A stretch of DNA of 58,483 nt from Candidatus Sulfotelmatobacter sp. (GCA_030039195.1 JASHQK010000509.1:1-58483); one strand, 5' to 3'; counted from the stretch's first letter, positions 9,910-19,939 are shown. Notes: a model not told the origin generated them from the sequence alone. Numbers and translations are program-made.

Positions 9910-10578
9910 TTAGAGCTTGCTCCAGAGCAGCAAGAGCAGGTACATCCAGAGCAAACCCATGAAATGCCAGTACTGCGCTGCAGCTGAAAATGTGCTGCGT
10001 CGCAGAACCATGTGCCGTAGCTTGTTGATGACGTAAACCAACCCCAGCAGTCCACCCAACACGTGAATGGCGTGCAGGCCGGTGAGTAGGTAGAAGAACG
10101 AACTGTTTGGATTGCTAGAAAGATAAAGTCCAGTGGCCCGCAGTTGCAGCCAGGCCGCATACTGACCGGCCACGAAGAACAATCCGAGCCCAAGCGTCGC
10201 CACAAGCCAGCGCATGGGGACTGCGATCTGAGTTTCGATGCCATGCGCATAGGCCGCAATCCGGCGTCGAGCGAACTCCAGCGTGATGCTGCTAACACCG
10301 AGTACCACGGTGTTCAAATAAAGAACGTTTGGCAGCGTCATGTGCCGCCAGTCAGGCGCTGTTCCCTGGCGGACGACCAGCGCACTGGTCAGCGCAGCAA
10401 ACGACATCGTGATGGCCGCCAATGCTACCCACATGCCAGTCTGTGCGGGCTGAAGTGGGCGATCTTGAACCGCACGCAAGTCTCCGCCAGCCGGAGCTAG
10501 ATTGTGCCCACTCCCGTTCCCTGAATAATCCGGCAGGCGGGGGTCAACTTGCGGCGGTTCATAAATTGTAGTTGCCAT
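9910..10578 (-). CDS. Second cytochrome c oxidase subunit III-like protein
   Basis: 222 aa, multi-TM, C-terminal YWHFMGLLWMYLLLLLW typical of haem-copper oxidase subunit III. Confidence 0.75.
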   Translation of the reverse strand: MATTIYEPPQVDPRLPDYSGNGSGHNLAPAGGDLRAVQDRPLQPAQTGMWVALAAITMSFAALTSALVVRQGTAPDWRHMTLPNVLYLNTVVLGVSSITLEFARRRIAAYAHGIETQIAVPMRWLVATLGLGLFFVAGQYAAWLQLRATGLYLSSNPNSSFFYLLTGLHAIHVLGGLLGLVYVINKLRHMVLRRSTFSAAAQYWHFMGLLWMYLLLLLWSKL

Positions 10579-10614
10579 GACTTCAGACTCCTGACGTTCC
10601 CAGTTTTCCGGCCG

Positions 10615-10926
10615 TCACTTCAGCAGACGCATGTTAAACATGCGGAACGCGTCCGGAAACAGGTAACAGAGAAAAATCAATACAAACAGCGTTGCCGGGA
10701 AAACCGTCCAGAACAGAATCGGCTTCTCGTATTTGACGTGCATCAGGTACATCACGCCAATGTAGGCCTCCAGGGACGACAGGCAGAGCAATGCAAACAG
10801 CAGATTGCGCGGCGGCATGTGTTGATAGGTGAGAATCACCTCAACTACTACGATGGCCATCAGGCCAACCCCAATTCCCACGTATGAACTCATCGTCAGT
10901 TCGCGATTCGACGACATGTTGTTCAT
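10615..10926 (-). CDS. Cytochrome c oxidase subunit IV (bacterial CoxD-type)
   Basis: 103 aa, three TM segments, positioned after subunit III. Confidence 0.7.
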   Translation of the reverse strand: MNNMSSNRELTMSSYVGIGVGLMAIVVVEVILTYQHMPPRNLLFALLCLSSLEAYIGVMYLMHVKYEKPILFWTVFPATLFVLIFLCYLFPDAFRMFNMRLLK

Positions 10927-10947
10927 TCCTCCGACTTCGATTCGGCC

Positions 10948-11631
10948 TTAATGAGCGTTCATCAGATACATCAGCGGGAAAACGAACATCCACACCAGGT
11001 CCACAAAGTGCCAGTACAGGCCTGCGGTCTCGACGTGGCTTTGATCGTAGCGGTCCTGGTTGTAGCCCCGCATGACGAACCCCAGGGCAATGACGCCGCT
11101 GACGACGTGGGTCATGTGCAGGCCCGTGATGCTGAAGAAGCAGGCGCCAAACTGCGCTGCACCTCCCGTCGGATTGACGAACAGCCGCCAACCCCCGCCG
11201 ATCAGGTTGAACCATTCGCGAAGGTGAAGGGCAGCAAAGATGGCTCCCAGCAGCATGGTCGCGCCCAGCCATCTGTTGGCGGAGGATTTGTCATCGGACT
11301 GTGACGCTCTCACCGCAGCCAGCATGGTCAGGCTGCTCGAAAGCAGCACAGCTGTCATCGCCATTCCGTTGATAATCGAGGAGATCCCAAAGGGCGTGCC
11401 CCAAACTGGCGCTCCGATTCGCATGTAGCCGTAGGCAAACAGAAAAGCACCGAAGGTGCAAGCATCGGAGACGATGAAGATCCACATCCCCAACTTCTTC
11501 TTGTCGATGCCGTAGGGAGACGCCTCCATTTCGACGCCGTGGTGTCCGGCCACCGCTTGTTCTGCGGCAATGATCAGTTCGGATTGGCTCACGGGATCTC
11601 CTTTCAGTTGCAGTCGTGTCGGACTGACCAA
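10948..11631 (-). CDS. ctaE: Cytochrome c oxidase subunit III
   Basis: KKLGMWIFIVSDACTFGAFLFAY...LYWHFVDLVWMFVFPLMYL. Confidence 0.85.
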   Translation of the reverse strand: MVSPTRLQLKGDPVSQSELIIAAEQAVAGHHGVEMEASPYGIDKKKLGMWIFIVSDACTFGAFLFAYGYMRIGAPVWGTPFGISSIINGMAMTAVLLSSSLTMLAAVRASQSDDKSSANRWLGATMLLGAIFAALHLREWFNLIGGGWRLFVNPTGGAAQFGACFFSITGLHMTHVVSGVIALGFVMRGYNQDRYDQSHVETAGLYWHFVDLVWMFVFPLMYLMNAH

Positions 11632-11648
11632 TGAAACCTTGGCTTCGA

Positions 11649-13421
11649 TTAGGTTCCGGCTATGGACGGGGCCGGGTCGGTCTGCATCAAGCTGGCTTCG
11701 CCGTCATACTCCATCGGCCCGTGCTGAACCACGAGTTGCCGCCCGCCAAAGTTATCGAATGGAGGCGGTGAGGTCGTGTCCCATTCCAGAGTTGTCGCTC
11801 CCCACGGATTATCCGACGCTTTCGGTCCCTTGAAGCGGCTCCAGATCGCGTTAAACAGGAAGATGAACTGAGCGGCTCCCAACAGGAGCGCGCAGATCGT
11901 CATGAATCTCTGCGCCGGCATCAGCGGTACCATGAAATCATCCACAAACGCCGAGTACCTGCGGACCGCACCGGCAAACCCCGTCAGGTGCATGGTAATA
12001 AACACGCAATACACGCCGACGAAGCTGAGCCAGAAATGAATCTTGCCCAAGGTCTCGTTCATCATGCGCCCGAACATTTTGGGGTACCAATAATAGAAGC
12101 CAGCAAAGGTGGCGAACACTGCCGACAATCCCATGGTGAAGTGGAAGTGGCCCACGACGAACGAAGTCGCGTGCAAGTACGAGTCGGTGGAAGGCTGTGC
12201 CAGGAAGAAACCACCAATTCCGCCTGTGATGAAGAGCGACACGAAGCCGAGGCTGTACAGCATCGGAGTATCGAAGTGGATTTGTGCCCCGTACAGCGAA
12301 AAGACCCAGACCAGCACCGCAATCACCGACGGGATGGTAATGAATAGCGTCGGTACCGAGAACACCATCGACATGAACGGGCTCATGCCGCTCACGAACA
12401 TGTGATGCCCCCAAACCACGAAGCTGAGTGTGCCCACCGCGATTTCGGCAAACGTGATTACCTTCCACCCGCCAACCAAGGGCTTGCGGATGAAGGTCGG
12501 GAAGATATGAGAGACAATTCCGAAGGCCGGCAGAATAATGATGTACACCTCGGGGTGTCCGAAGAACCAAAACAGGTGCTGGAACAGCAGAGGTGATCCG
12601 CCGGAGTGCGGCTGGAGTTGATCGTTGAAGACGAGTCCTCCCGGAATGAAGAAACTCGTTCCTCCCAGCCGATCCAGCGCCAGCAGCAGGCCGCATGGCA
12701 GCAGTACGGCGAAGGCCAGGAGACTGACCCAAGCGTCAATAAACCATGCCCACGTGGAGAGGGGAAGCCGCGACAGAGTAAGTCCCTTGGTGCGCAGATC
12801 CAGCGTAGTCACGATGAAGTTTATTGCGCCGAGCAGCGATGCGACGCAGAAACATGCGACCGCAAGCACCCATAAGGTCTGCCCCATTCCCTGACCGGGG
12901 CCAGCAACCGAGCCGACGGCACTCAGCGGGGCATAAGCGGTCCAGCCCGAAATCGGTGGGCCGTCGGGAATGAAGAAGCTGGAAGCAGCCAGCACGAAAC
13001 CGAGGAAAGTGACCCAGAATGAGGACATATTCAGCCGAGGGAACGCCATGTCGGCCGCACCCACCTGAATCGGCAGCATGAAATTGCCAAAGCCGGCAAA
13101 CGGCGCGGTCGTTAGCACGAAGAACGCCATGATCGTGCCGTGCATGGTCATCAGCGACAGGTAGTATTCCGGAGTCATCAGGCCGCCAGGTGCACCGTTC
13201 GGGGAAAGCCAACCCAGCAGCGGAATGCGTGCATCCGGGTACGCGAGATGAATGCGCATTGCCCATGAAAGCGCCATTCCGATGAACGCTGAAACGACCG
13301 CCAGCGTCAGATACTGAATCCCGATCACTTTGTGATCGATGCTGAAGATGTACTTGCGAATAAAGCCCTGCGGCGGAGCGTGATGTGCCGCATGAACTTG
13401 CGTCTCTGCCATAAATCTCAC
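11649..13421 (-). CDS. ctaD: Cytochrome c oxidase subunit I (haem-copper oxidase, A-type)
   Basis: 590 aa; IFSIDHKVIGIQY, GHPEVYIIILPAFG, WGHHMF, VVGHFHF motifs. Confidence 0.95.
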   Translation of the reverse strand: MRFMAETQVHAAHHAPPQGFIRKYIFSIDHKVIGIQYLTLAVVSAFIGMALSWAMRIHLAYPDARIPLLGWLSPNGAPGGLMTPEYYLSLMTMHGTIMAFFVLTTAPFAGFGNFMLPIQVGAADMAFPRLNMSSFWVTFLGFVLAASSFFIPDGPPISGWTAYAPLSAVGSVAGPGQGMGQTLWVLAVACFCVASLLGAINFIVTTLDLRTKGLTLSRLPLSTWAWFIDAWVSLLAFAVLLPCGLLLALDRLGGTSFFIPGGLVFNDQLQPHSGGSPLLFQHLFWFFGHPEVYIIILPAFGIVSHIFPTFIRKPLVGGWKVITFAEIAVGTLSFVVWGHHMFVSGMSPFMSMVFSVPTLFITIPSVIAVLVWVFSLYGAQIHFDTPMLYSLGFVSLFITGGIGGFFLAQPSTDSYLHATSFVVGHFHFTMGLSAVFATFAGFYYWYPKMFGRMMNETLGKIHFWLSFVGVYCVFITMHLTGFAGAVRRYSAFVDDFMVPLMPAQRFMTICALLLGAAQFIFLFNAIWSRFKGPKASDNPWGATTLEWDTTSPPPFDNFGGRQLVVQHGPMEYDGEASLMQTDPAPSIAGT

Positions 13422-13467
13422 CCCGGGAGAATTGGTCGTCCGCCTCAGAAGGGCGGACGTTTTGCCT

Positions 13468-14277
13468 TCACTGCATTGCCGCCTGCTTCTTAAGCCAATC
13501 GTCGAAATCCGCCTGCGATAGCACAGACAAATAGGCCTTCATGTTGTAGTGCCCCAGGCCGCAGAGCTGCGTGCACACGATCTCGAATCGCCCCGTCTGG
13601 GTGGCGGTGAAGTGGATCGGAATCACCAGTCCAGGAACGAAGTCTTGTTGGACGCGCAATTCCCGCACATAAAATGAGTGCCCCACGTCTTTGGAATGCA
13701 GCGTCAGCAGAATAGGCTTGTTCACAGGAATCGCGATCTCGGCCGTAACGATATCGTCCTTGGCGGCAGGATCGTGCTCAGGGTCGATGCCGAAGTAGTT
13801 CTGGCTACCCTCATTAATGAGTTCCGGATGAAGGTCGCCAAACTTGCCATCCGGCCCGGGATAGCGGAAGTAGTAGGCAAACTGCCCAGCCTGTACATCG
13901 ATCTGCATAGAGCCGGGATCAGGCGGCGTGAAGTAGACGGCCCCCCAAGCCTTGGAACCAACGAACGAAAGCGCCAGCACCTCGGTGCCGACCAGCAGAA
14001 AAGCGAAAATGATCAGCGGCTTGGCCCCGCCGCGGATTTGTTTCACCTTGGCCCTAGCGCCGCCGTAAAGAGCCACGAACGTCGCGAGCACAATCTGTCC
14101 GGCAATGAACAGAAGGCCGGCGACCACAATGGTTTCTTCGATCTGTTGATCGATCTTCGGACCGTGAACGGAAATGTCGACCGGCATCCACCAGACGTGC
14201 GTAATCACGCAATAGGCGGTGATCAGCGTAACAAGGAGGACCACGACAGCAAAGAATCTCCCTACCATGGTTTGCAC
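13468..14277 (-). CDS. ctaC: Cytochrome c oxidase subunit II (CuA, no fused cytochrome c domain)
   Basis: Two N-terminal TMs; DVGHSFYV and CTQLCGLGHYNM CuA ligands; no CXXCH, so aa3- rather than caa3-type. Confidence 0.9.
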   Translation of the reverse strand: MQTMVGRFFAVVVLLVTLITAYCVITHVWWMPVDISVHGPKIDQQIEETIVVAGLLFIAGQIVLATFVALYGGARAKVKQIRGGAKPLIIFAFLLVGTEVLALSFVGSKAWGAVYFTPPDPGSMQIDVQAGQFAYYFRYPGPDGKFGDLHPELINEGSQNYFGIDPEHDPAAKDDIVTAEIAIPVNKPILLTLHSKDVGHSFYVRELRVQQDFVPGLVIPIHFTATQTGRFEIVCTQLCGLGHYNMKAYLSVLSQADFDDWLKKQAAMQ

Positions 14278-14283
14278 CCCGTT

Positions 14284-14338
14284 GCTGGCGTCCCCACGCC
14301 AGCCAGATTTGCCGGGCCGCAGCCTAGCCCTGCGGCCC
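14284..14338 (-). other. Two GC-rich hairpins between the cupredoxin gene and ctaC (possible processing/attenuation structure)
   Basis: GCTGGCG-TCCCCA-CGCCAGC (14284-14303) and GGGCCGCA-N9-TGCGGCCC (14314-14338). Confidence 0.35.
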
Positions 14339-14362
14339 TACCAAGCCTTCAGACGATAACTC

Positions 14363-15100
14363 CTACTTTGCTTTGAATGTGAAATCCGCAGTGGCGGGTT
14401 TTCCTTCCGCAACCGTCACCTTTTGCGTTTGAGTTCCGTACGTTTCGTGCCACGCCGTCAGCGTGTATGTTCCCGGAGGTACATTTTCGAGTGTGAAAGC
14501 ACCGTTACCATCGCTGACCCCGTTTGGCCCCTTCACAACCGCGATAAAGGCATGCATCCAGGGATGGACATTGCACTTTACGGGAATCATTTCTTCCGCG
14601 GACCAGGTCACGTCGATTGCTGGTGCACCGACAATCTGAGACTTGTTAAATGCGGTGTTGCCACCCCCTGGCTTTGGGTCGGGGTGAATATTGTGCATGG
14701 TCTTGTCGTCGTTCACAATCGACAGGTGCTGGCCCGGATTCACAGCCACAACATGTGGAACATATTGGCAGCCCTTCTGCGCGAAGGTTACCGGCTGGGA
14801 GGCCACCGGGATTGGAGCGCTCAAGCCTTGGGAAATGTAAACCACAACATTCGCCAGAGCGCCGTTCGCTCCGACGACAACGTTCTCGCCGGCTGGTGAC
14901 GGCCCAGTGTGAGTTTGGGCGCAGGAAGGGTCCTTCGACATATCGATCGGCTTCTGGTGAGGAGCTTGGCCATCTAACTTAACGGTCCCGGCGATCTTTC
15001 CGGTCGCCGCCGCCCCCACAGCCGGCGTCAACCGAAACAAACCCGCGGCTGCCACCAGCAACGCAAGTGACACAGCCGCAACTCTGTAGTGAGCTTTCAT
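14363..15100 (-). CDS. Secreted amicyanin-like type-1 copper (cupredoxin) protein with CarboxypepD_reg-like beta-sandwich
   Basis: Signal peptide. His in MHNIH plus KCNVHPWM (C-x2-H-x2-M, as in the amicyanin CTPHPFM loop). C-terminal GNGAFTLENVPPGTYTLTAWHE. Paralog of 27381-27983. Confidence 0.7.
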   Translation of the reverse strand: MKAHYRVAAVSLALLVAAAGLFRLTPAVGAAATGKIAGTVKLDGQAPHQKPIDMSKDPSCAQTHTGPSPAGENVVVGANGALANVVVYISQGLSAPIPVASQPVTFAQKGCQYVPHVVAVNPGQHLSIVNDDKTMHNIHPDPKPGGGNTAFNKSQIVGAPAIDVTWSAEEMIPVKCNVHPWMHAFIAVVKGPNGVSDGNGAFTLENVPPGTYTLTAWHETYGTQTQKVTVAEGKPATADFTFKAK

Positions 15101-15199
15101 AACGCAATCTCTCCCTCAGACGAACTTTGATTTAAGTTCTTGAATGAACCCACGTGCTGAAAAGATGGCAGATATTGCGTCGAAGCGTGGCAGCATGTC

Positions 15200-15226
15200 T
15201 GTGATAGTAGTCACAGATCAGTGTGA
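15200..15226. promoter_or_regulatory. Tripartite CRP/FNR-family-type site TGTGA-TAGTAG-TCACA-GATCAG-TGTGA upstream of the cupredoxin/aa3 oxidase operon
   Basis: Perfect TGTGA-N6-TCACA plus a third half-site, 100-126 nt upstream of the start at 15100. Same 27-bp architecture at 56913-56939, 29590-29616 and 29732-29758. Confidence 0.55.
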
Positions 15227-15395
15227 TTCTAGGCACAAGACGTTTGATTACTTACTCTGGATCTCAAGGCTTCTTAGCCGCACAGAGAGGAAGAGAGGGT
15301 GCACGACAGCCGAGCTGGTTTCTACACCCGAAATCAGCACCGCTGTGGATATTAAGCGGGCCAGTCCGGTCGGATTGTCGGCAATCAGTCGGAAC

Positions 15396-17972
15396 TTACT
15401 TCACTCCCTCCGCCACGTACAGTATTCCCAAAACTTGCGTCGTGGTGTAAGCGTACGTTTTGCTTCGCTCTGCATAGACCACCCGCAAAGAGATCATCGA
15501 ACCGGCTGTGTCACGCGGTTCAATGGTCTCGAGCAATTTGCGCTTCCCAGTGTCCACTTCCACTCGATAGATTTGCGCCTCCCGCGGGTTCGACGACACC
15601 ACTATCAAGGCCTTTCCGTCTTCCGTCCAATTGTGCAAACGCTCCCCCGGGCTAACACCCAGAACTTCTTGCAGCTTCTGCGTCTCCAGATCAAATATCG
15701 CAATCCCGTCGCCGTGCTGGCCGGCGATTCGCTTCCCATCCGGAGACACGGCGGCGCCCAAGAAGTCGGGCGGCCCTACCGTCTGGGGTTTTCCTCCATC
15801 CAGATCCATCTCGTAAGTGTGCAGCGCCTGCCCCTCGGCTGCCCCAGTCATCAACAAACGCTTGCCATTGGGAAACCATTCGACACTCGTCAAAGACGCA
15901 ATCTCCCCTGCGGATAAGCGGCGGCTTTCTCCCGCGCCCACCGGATTCACCACCACCTGCGGCGGTCTCGTCAGCAGCACTCCTGCAACGAAATTCCCGT
16001 CGGGCGAGAATCTCGGCCCCGACCCGTTCCCCAACGCCACGGGAGCAGACCCATCCAGCTTCCGATAAACCTGCAGATAAAGTGGCCCGGCTGGCCCTCC
16101 CCACTCCAGGAATGCAATCGCTTTCCCATCCGGCAAAATGTCGCTCACGCCGGAACCGTCGAACCATTGCAGGTCGTGCAGTTCCTTACCGCTGGCCGGG
16201 TCGACGGCAGTGATCTCCGTCAGTTGCCGTTCAACGCTGAGAAGCAAGCGGCCATCCGCCGCAATATCGAGCAGACGCAAACCTTGAGGCGCGGTGAGAA
16301 TCAAACGCTGCTTTCCTGAGAGGTTTACGCCATACACACCTCGCGTTGTTGTCGAATTCCCCGCCGTAAACCAGATTTCCGAATCCCCTCGCGCCCATGC
16401 CAATCCTTGCAGGGTTGCAAACTCCTTCGTCAGCTGCGTGCGCTTGCCATTCTCGTCCACCACCGACACCCATCCGCGGTCGTCGCCGTATACCGGATGT
16501 TCGACAAATGCCACCTGCTTGCCCGAACCCGACACCCGCACATAATCGAAGTAGCCGGCGCCAGTATAAAGAACCTTTCCTTCGGGGTACTCCAATTGAG
16601 TCTTCCGATCAGCGCGGCGCACAATCGCCAGCGTTTTGCCGTCGGGAGCATAGTCTGCGGCGATGACTTCCTTTTGTTGTGCGCGGGGCGTACCTCCTGC
16701 CATCGACACCTGTCCCATGGTCCCGCTTATGAACCAGGACTCCCGCACCGGGTTCATTCCTACTTCCATATCCCCGCTCGGCGAAAGCGCCAGCAGCGCC
16801 GCGCTCGGAAGATCGATTTTGGTCGACTGCGGAAACTCCATGCGCACCGTGTACACCTGCAGCGGGTCATTGTTCCATTGCGCGCTGTAAGCGATCGTCT
16901 GCCCATCTTTCGCAAAGCGCGCGTTTGTGGGATAACCCTGCTGATAAGTCAGCCGCGTGAATTTTGGCTCTGGCATTGCCGCCGAGTTCCGTCCCATCAT
17001 CCACGCTGCCGCGATCAGCGCGAGTGCAACCACAGCGGCCGCAGCCCACGGCAGCCAGTGCCGTTTCGCTCTTGGCTCGATAACCTGCGCGAACGCGCTC
17101 CCCGACGACACGGACGTGGTTCCGCTCAGCGCCTCAATTGCGAACGCAAGGTCACTCGCCGACTGAAATCTCCGCTCCGGCTTTTTCTCCAAACAACGAT
17201 GGACGATGCGATCGAGCCCGGGAGACACCTGCCCGCTGGAAGTCGTCAACTCCGGCACATTCTCTTTGAGAATGGCGTTCATCGTCTCGACCGATGACTC
17301 GCCGCGAAAGGCCCGCTTGCCGCTGGCCATCTCGTACAGCACTGCGCCGAAGCTGAAGATGTCGGAACGGTGGTCAACCGCCTCGCCCCGCACTTGTTCC
17401 GGAGACATATATCCCACCGTCCCCATGACTGTGCCCGGCGTGGTCGGCGCGGCAACCGTCATGGTCTGCGATCCTTGGGCGGACGCTTGAGCCGGGGCCT
17501 GCTTTGCTAGGCCGAAATCGAGGATCTTCACCCGATCATCGCGCGTAATGAAAATGTTGTCGGGCTTCAGGTCGCGGTGCACCACACCCTTTTCGTGCGC
17601 AGCGGCGAGTCCTTTCGCGATTTCGAGCGCATAGGCAGTTACCGCGCGACGCGGGAGCGGTCCCGCCGCCAGCACTTCACGCAGCGATTGCCCCTCCAGG
17701 AACTCCGAAACTAAGTATTGAGCGCCCGCTTGCACGCCGACATCAAAGATGGCAAGAACATTGGGGTGGTTGAGCGTGCTGAGGATACGGGCTTCGTGCT
17801 GGAAGCGGAGAAGGCGATCGGAATCGCCGGAGACTGACAGTGGCAAAATTTTGATGGCGACAGTGCGGTCAAGGCGAGTGTCGCGGGCGCGATACACCTC
17901 ACCCATGCCGCCTGCACCTAGAGGGGATTGGATCTCATACGGCCCGAGTTTTGTGCCTGAAGTAAGAGGCAT
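15396..17972 (-). CDS. Ser/Thr protein kinase with TM and C-terminal TolB-like (PD40/WD40) beta-propeller
   Basis: Hanks kinase motifs (GAGGMGEVY, HRDLKPDN, DFGLAK, YMSPEQ), one TM, ~500-aa propeller-like region. Confidence 0.9.
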   Translation of the reverse strand: MPLTSGTKLGPYEIQSPLGAGGMGEVYRARDTRLDRTVAIKILPLSVSGDSDRLLRFQHEARILSTLNHPNVLAIFDVGVQAGAQYLVSEFLEGQSLREVLAAGPLPRRAVTAYALEIAKGLAAAHEKGVVHRDLKPDNIFITRDDRVKILDFGLAKQAPAQASAQGSQTMTVAAPTTPGTVMGTVGYMSPEQVRGEAVDHRSDIFSFGAVLYEMASGKRAFRGESSVETMNAILKENVPELTTSSGQVSPGLDRIVHRCLEKKPERRFQSASDLAFAIEALSGTTSVSSGSAFAQVIEPRAKRHWLPWAAAAVVALALIAAAWMMGRNSAAMPEPKFTRLTYQQGYPTNARFAKDGQTIAYSAQWNNDPLQVYTVRMEFPQSTKIDLPSAALLALSPSGDMEVGMNPVRESWFISGTMGQVSMAGGTPRAQQKEVIAADYAPDGKTLAIVRRADRKTQLEYPEGKVLYTGAGYFDYVRVSGSGKQVAFVEHPVYGDDRGWVSVVDENGKRTQLTKEFATLQGLAWARGDSEIWFTAGNSTTTRGVYGVNLSGKQRLILTAPQGLRLLDIAADGRLLLSVERQLTEITAVDPASGKELHDLQWFDGSGVSDILPDGKAIAFLEWGGPAGPLYLQVYRKLDGSAPVALGNGSGPRFSPDGNFVAGVLLTRPPQVVVNPVGAGESRRLSAGEIASLTSVEWFPNGKRLLMTGAAEGQALHTYEMDLDGGKPQTVGPPDFLGAAVSPDGKRIAGQHGDGIAIFDLETQKLQEVLGVSPGERLHNWTEDGKALIVVSSNPREAQIYRVEVDTGKRKLLETIEPRDTAGSMISLRVVYAERSKTYAYTTTQVLGILYVAEGVK

Positions 17973-18058
17973 CCGTGCGCACGATTATATTCCAGCGATT
18001 CGGGGCCTCGTGTATCCGAGTTAACTGGGCCGCACTCCGGACAAATTGTCCGCAACTC

Positions 18059-19939
18059 TTACCTTGCTACGTTTGCGACTTGTGTCGGGTGATCAATTTT
18101 CGTCTTCGGGACCGAGGCGTTAGAAATGTTGACCGGCAAATGGCCTGAGATCGGAATTTCCCCGAAAAGTGCTCTAGCCGCACTTATCTCCGAGACGGTT
18201 GCATTTGAGAATGTGCAGATGTAGTTCTGGATCGTGGGGAAGTCGTCCGTCAGGTACGGAGTTCCCATGGCGAGAACCGCAGTTTTCTCGGCGGCGAGGG
18301 TAAGGATCCTGGACAATAACTTCGCAGTCGAATCCGGCAGAGATGCGGAATTCTTCTGGCCGCGTGCAACCGTCTTGGTTCGCGCTGCAGAAGGGACAAC
18401 ATAGACGGCCACCACTACCTGCTGCGCACGGTCTGCTGCGCTCAACACTTCATCCGATTTGGCCGCGGCGACGCGAGGATCTATATAGACCACCCTCGCA
18501 TCTGGCGCCCGCTTCCGAATCTGACGCTCCAGAACGCGACCGTCCTCTGCGTGTCGGTTGTCGCAGAGAATAATCACAAGCAGGCCAGGCTGAGCTTTGG
18601 CTTGGGACACGACACGCAGTCTCTTGTCGGATCGCTCGTCTCTCAGCGGAAGCACCTTGCCGTTGTCACGCACCAGAGTAATGGCAGCATCGGAGATACG
18701 TTGACCGGTCGCAATACTCTCCGGAATGCCCACGACCCTGGGGATCGCGGCCACATCCACCAAGCGATTTTTCTCGAGGCCGAGCGAAGCCTTGGCTTGC
18801 AGGATTTTGAGGACGGATGCGTCCAGCCGTTCTTGCCCGATCTCGCCCGTCCGCACAGCGTCCAGCATTGCTCGGTAGCATGCATCCAGATTGTAGGGCT
18901 CCGTGAGCACGTCGCTTCCCGCCTTGAACGCATCCACGGCCACGCGTCCTGGATTCTTTGCATAGAGGCCAACCAGACCGCCCATATCCAACGCGTCCGT
19001 CACCACGATGCCTTTGAAACCGAGTTCCTGTTTCAGCAGACCTGTCACGATTGCGGGCGAAGTAGTCGCCACGCGCCGGGAGTCTGGATCCAGAGCAAGC
19101 ACTCGCACGTGCGCAGTCATCACGGCATCGACTCCGGCTCCGATCGCTTTTCGGAACGGAGGCAGATCGACCGTATGAAGGTAGTCCCAGTCGTCATGCA
19201 CCACCGGTACTGCTACGTGTGAGTCCGTGGCGGTATTCCCGTGGCCCGGGAAGTGCTTTGCCGTGGTCAGCATTCCGCTTGCCCGCGCGCCGCGGATGTA
19301 GGCCGCCACCAGATCGCCCACTTGCTCCGGATTCGAGCCGAACGCACGTGTCCCGATGATGGGATTGGCCGGGTTGGAATTTACGTCGGCGACAGGAAAC
19401 AGGTTCCAGTGCACGCCCAGAGCCCGGCTTTCCTGGGCCGTGATGCGCCCGAACTCCTCCGCGTAAGACAAGTTCCCGGCAGCGCCAAAAGCCATCGCGT
19501 GCGGAAATACGGTCGTTCCGAAAAGATGTGCCGGCAAGACACCCCGCTCAAAATCTCCAGCGACAAGGAGCGGCAACTTCGACTCCTGTTGCAACTGGTT
19601 GAGCAACGTAACCACCTCATAGCGACGTCGAATATCGCGGGCCCGGCCTTGCGGCGGCGCTGACATGGCTAGCGCGCCGATGTGATATTTGCGAATCCTA
19701 TCCCGGAGCTCGTAGTAGCCGGGACTCTTACCGTTCAGGAGTTCTACTCGCATGCGGATCATGAAGAGCTGCCCGACCTTCTCTTCAAGGGAAAGGTTCT
19801 TTAGAGTGTTTTCTGCCCAGCGGGAGTCAACGCGTTCGCCACGCGCAAGTGCTTGCTTCGATGGTTCCCGCGGTTCAGCGGCAGAGCCTAAAAGCGTGAA
19901 TACCGCGAGAAGAAAGGCGAGATTGCGAAGCATTGTCAA
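18059..19939 (-). CDS. Secreted glycoside hydrolase family 3 (beta-N-acetylhexosaminidase/NagZ-like) with C-terminal extension
   Basis: Signal peptide; GH3 N-domain motifs (KHFPGHG...D, GIVVTDALDMGG). Confidence 0.85.
   Translation of the reverse strand: MTMLRNLAFLLAVFTLLGSAAEPREPSKQALARGERVDSRWAENTLKNLSLEEKVGQLFMIRMRVELLNGKSPGYYELRDRIRKYHIGALAMSAPPQGRARDIRRRYEVVTLLNQLQQESKLPLLVAGDFERGVLPAHLFGTTVFPHAMAFGAAGNLSYAEEFGRITAQESRALGVHWNLFPVADVNSNPANPIIGTRAFGSNPEQVGDLVAAYIRGARASGMLTTAKHFPGHGNTATDSHVAVPVVHDDWDYLHTVDLPPFRKAIGAGVDAVMTAHVRVLALDPDSRRVATTSPAIVTGLLKQELGFKGIVVTDALDMGGLVGLYAKNPGRVAVDAFKAGSDVLTEPYNLDACYRAMLDAVRTGEIGQERLDASVLKILQAKASLGLEKNRLVDVAAIPRVVGIPESIATGQRISDAAITLVRDNGKVLPLRDERSDKRLRVVSQAKAQPGLLVIILCDNRHAEDGRVLERQIRKRAPDARVVYIDPRVAAAKSDEVLSAADRAQQVVVAVYVVPSAARTKTVARGQKNSASLPDSTAKLLSRILTLAAEKTAVLAMGTPYLTDDFPTIQNYICTFSNATVSEISAARALFGEIPISGHLPVNISNASVPKTKIDHPTQVANVAR

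Noticed and set aside
15166-15179. TGGCAGATATTGCG upstream of the oxidase operon
   Set aside because: GG-to-GC spacing is 10 instead of 12 nt, and it points away from the minus-strand operon.
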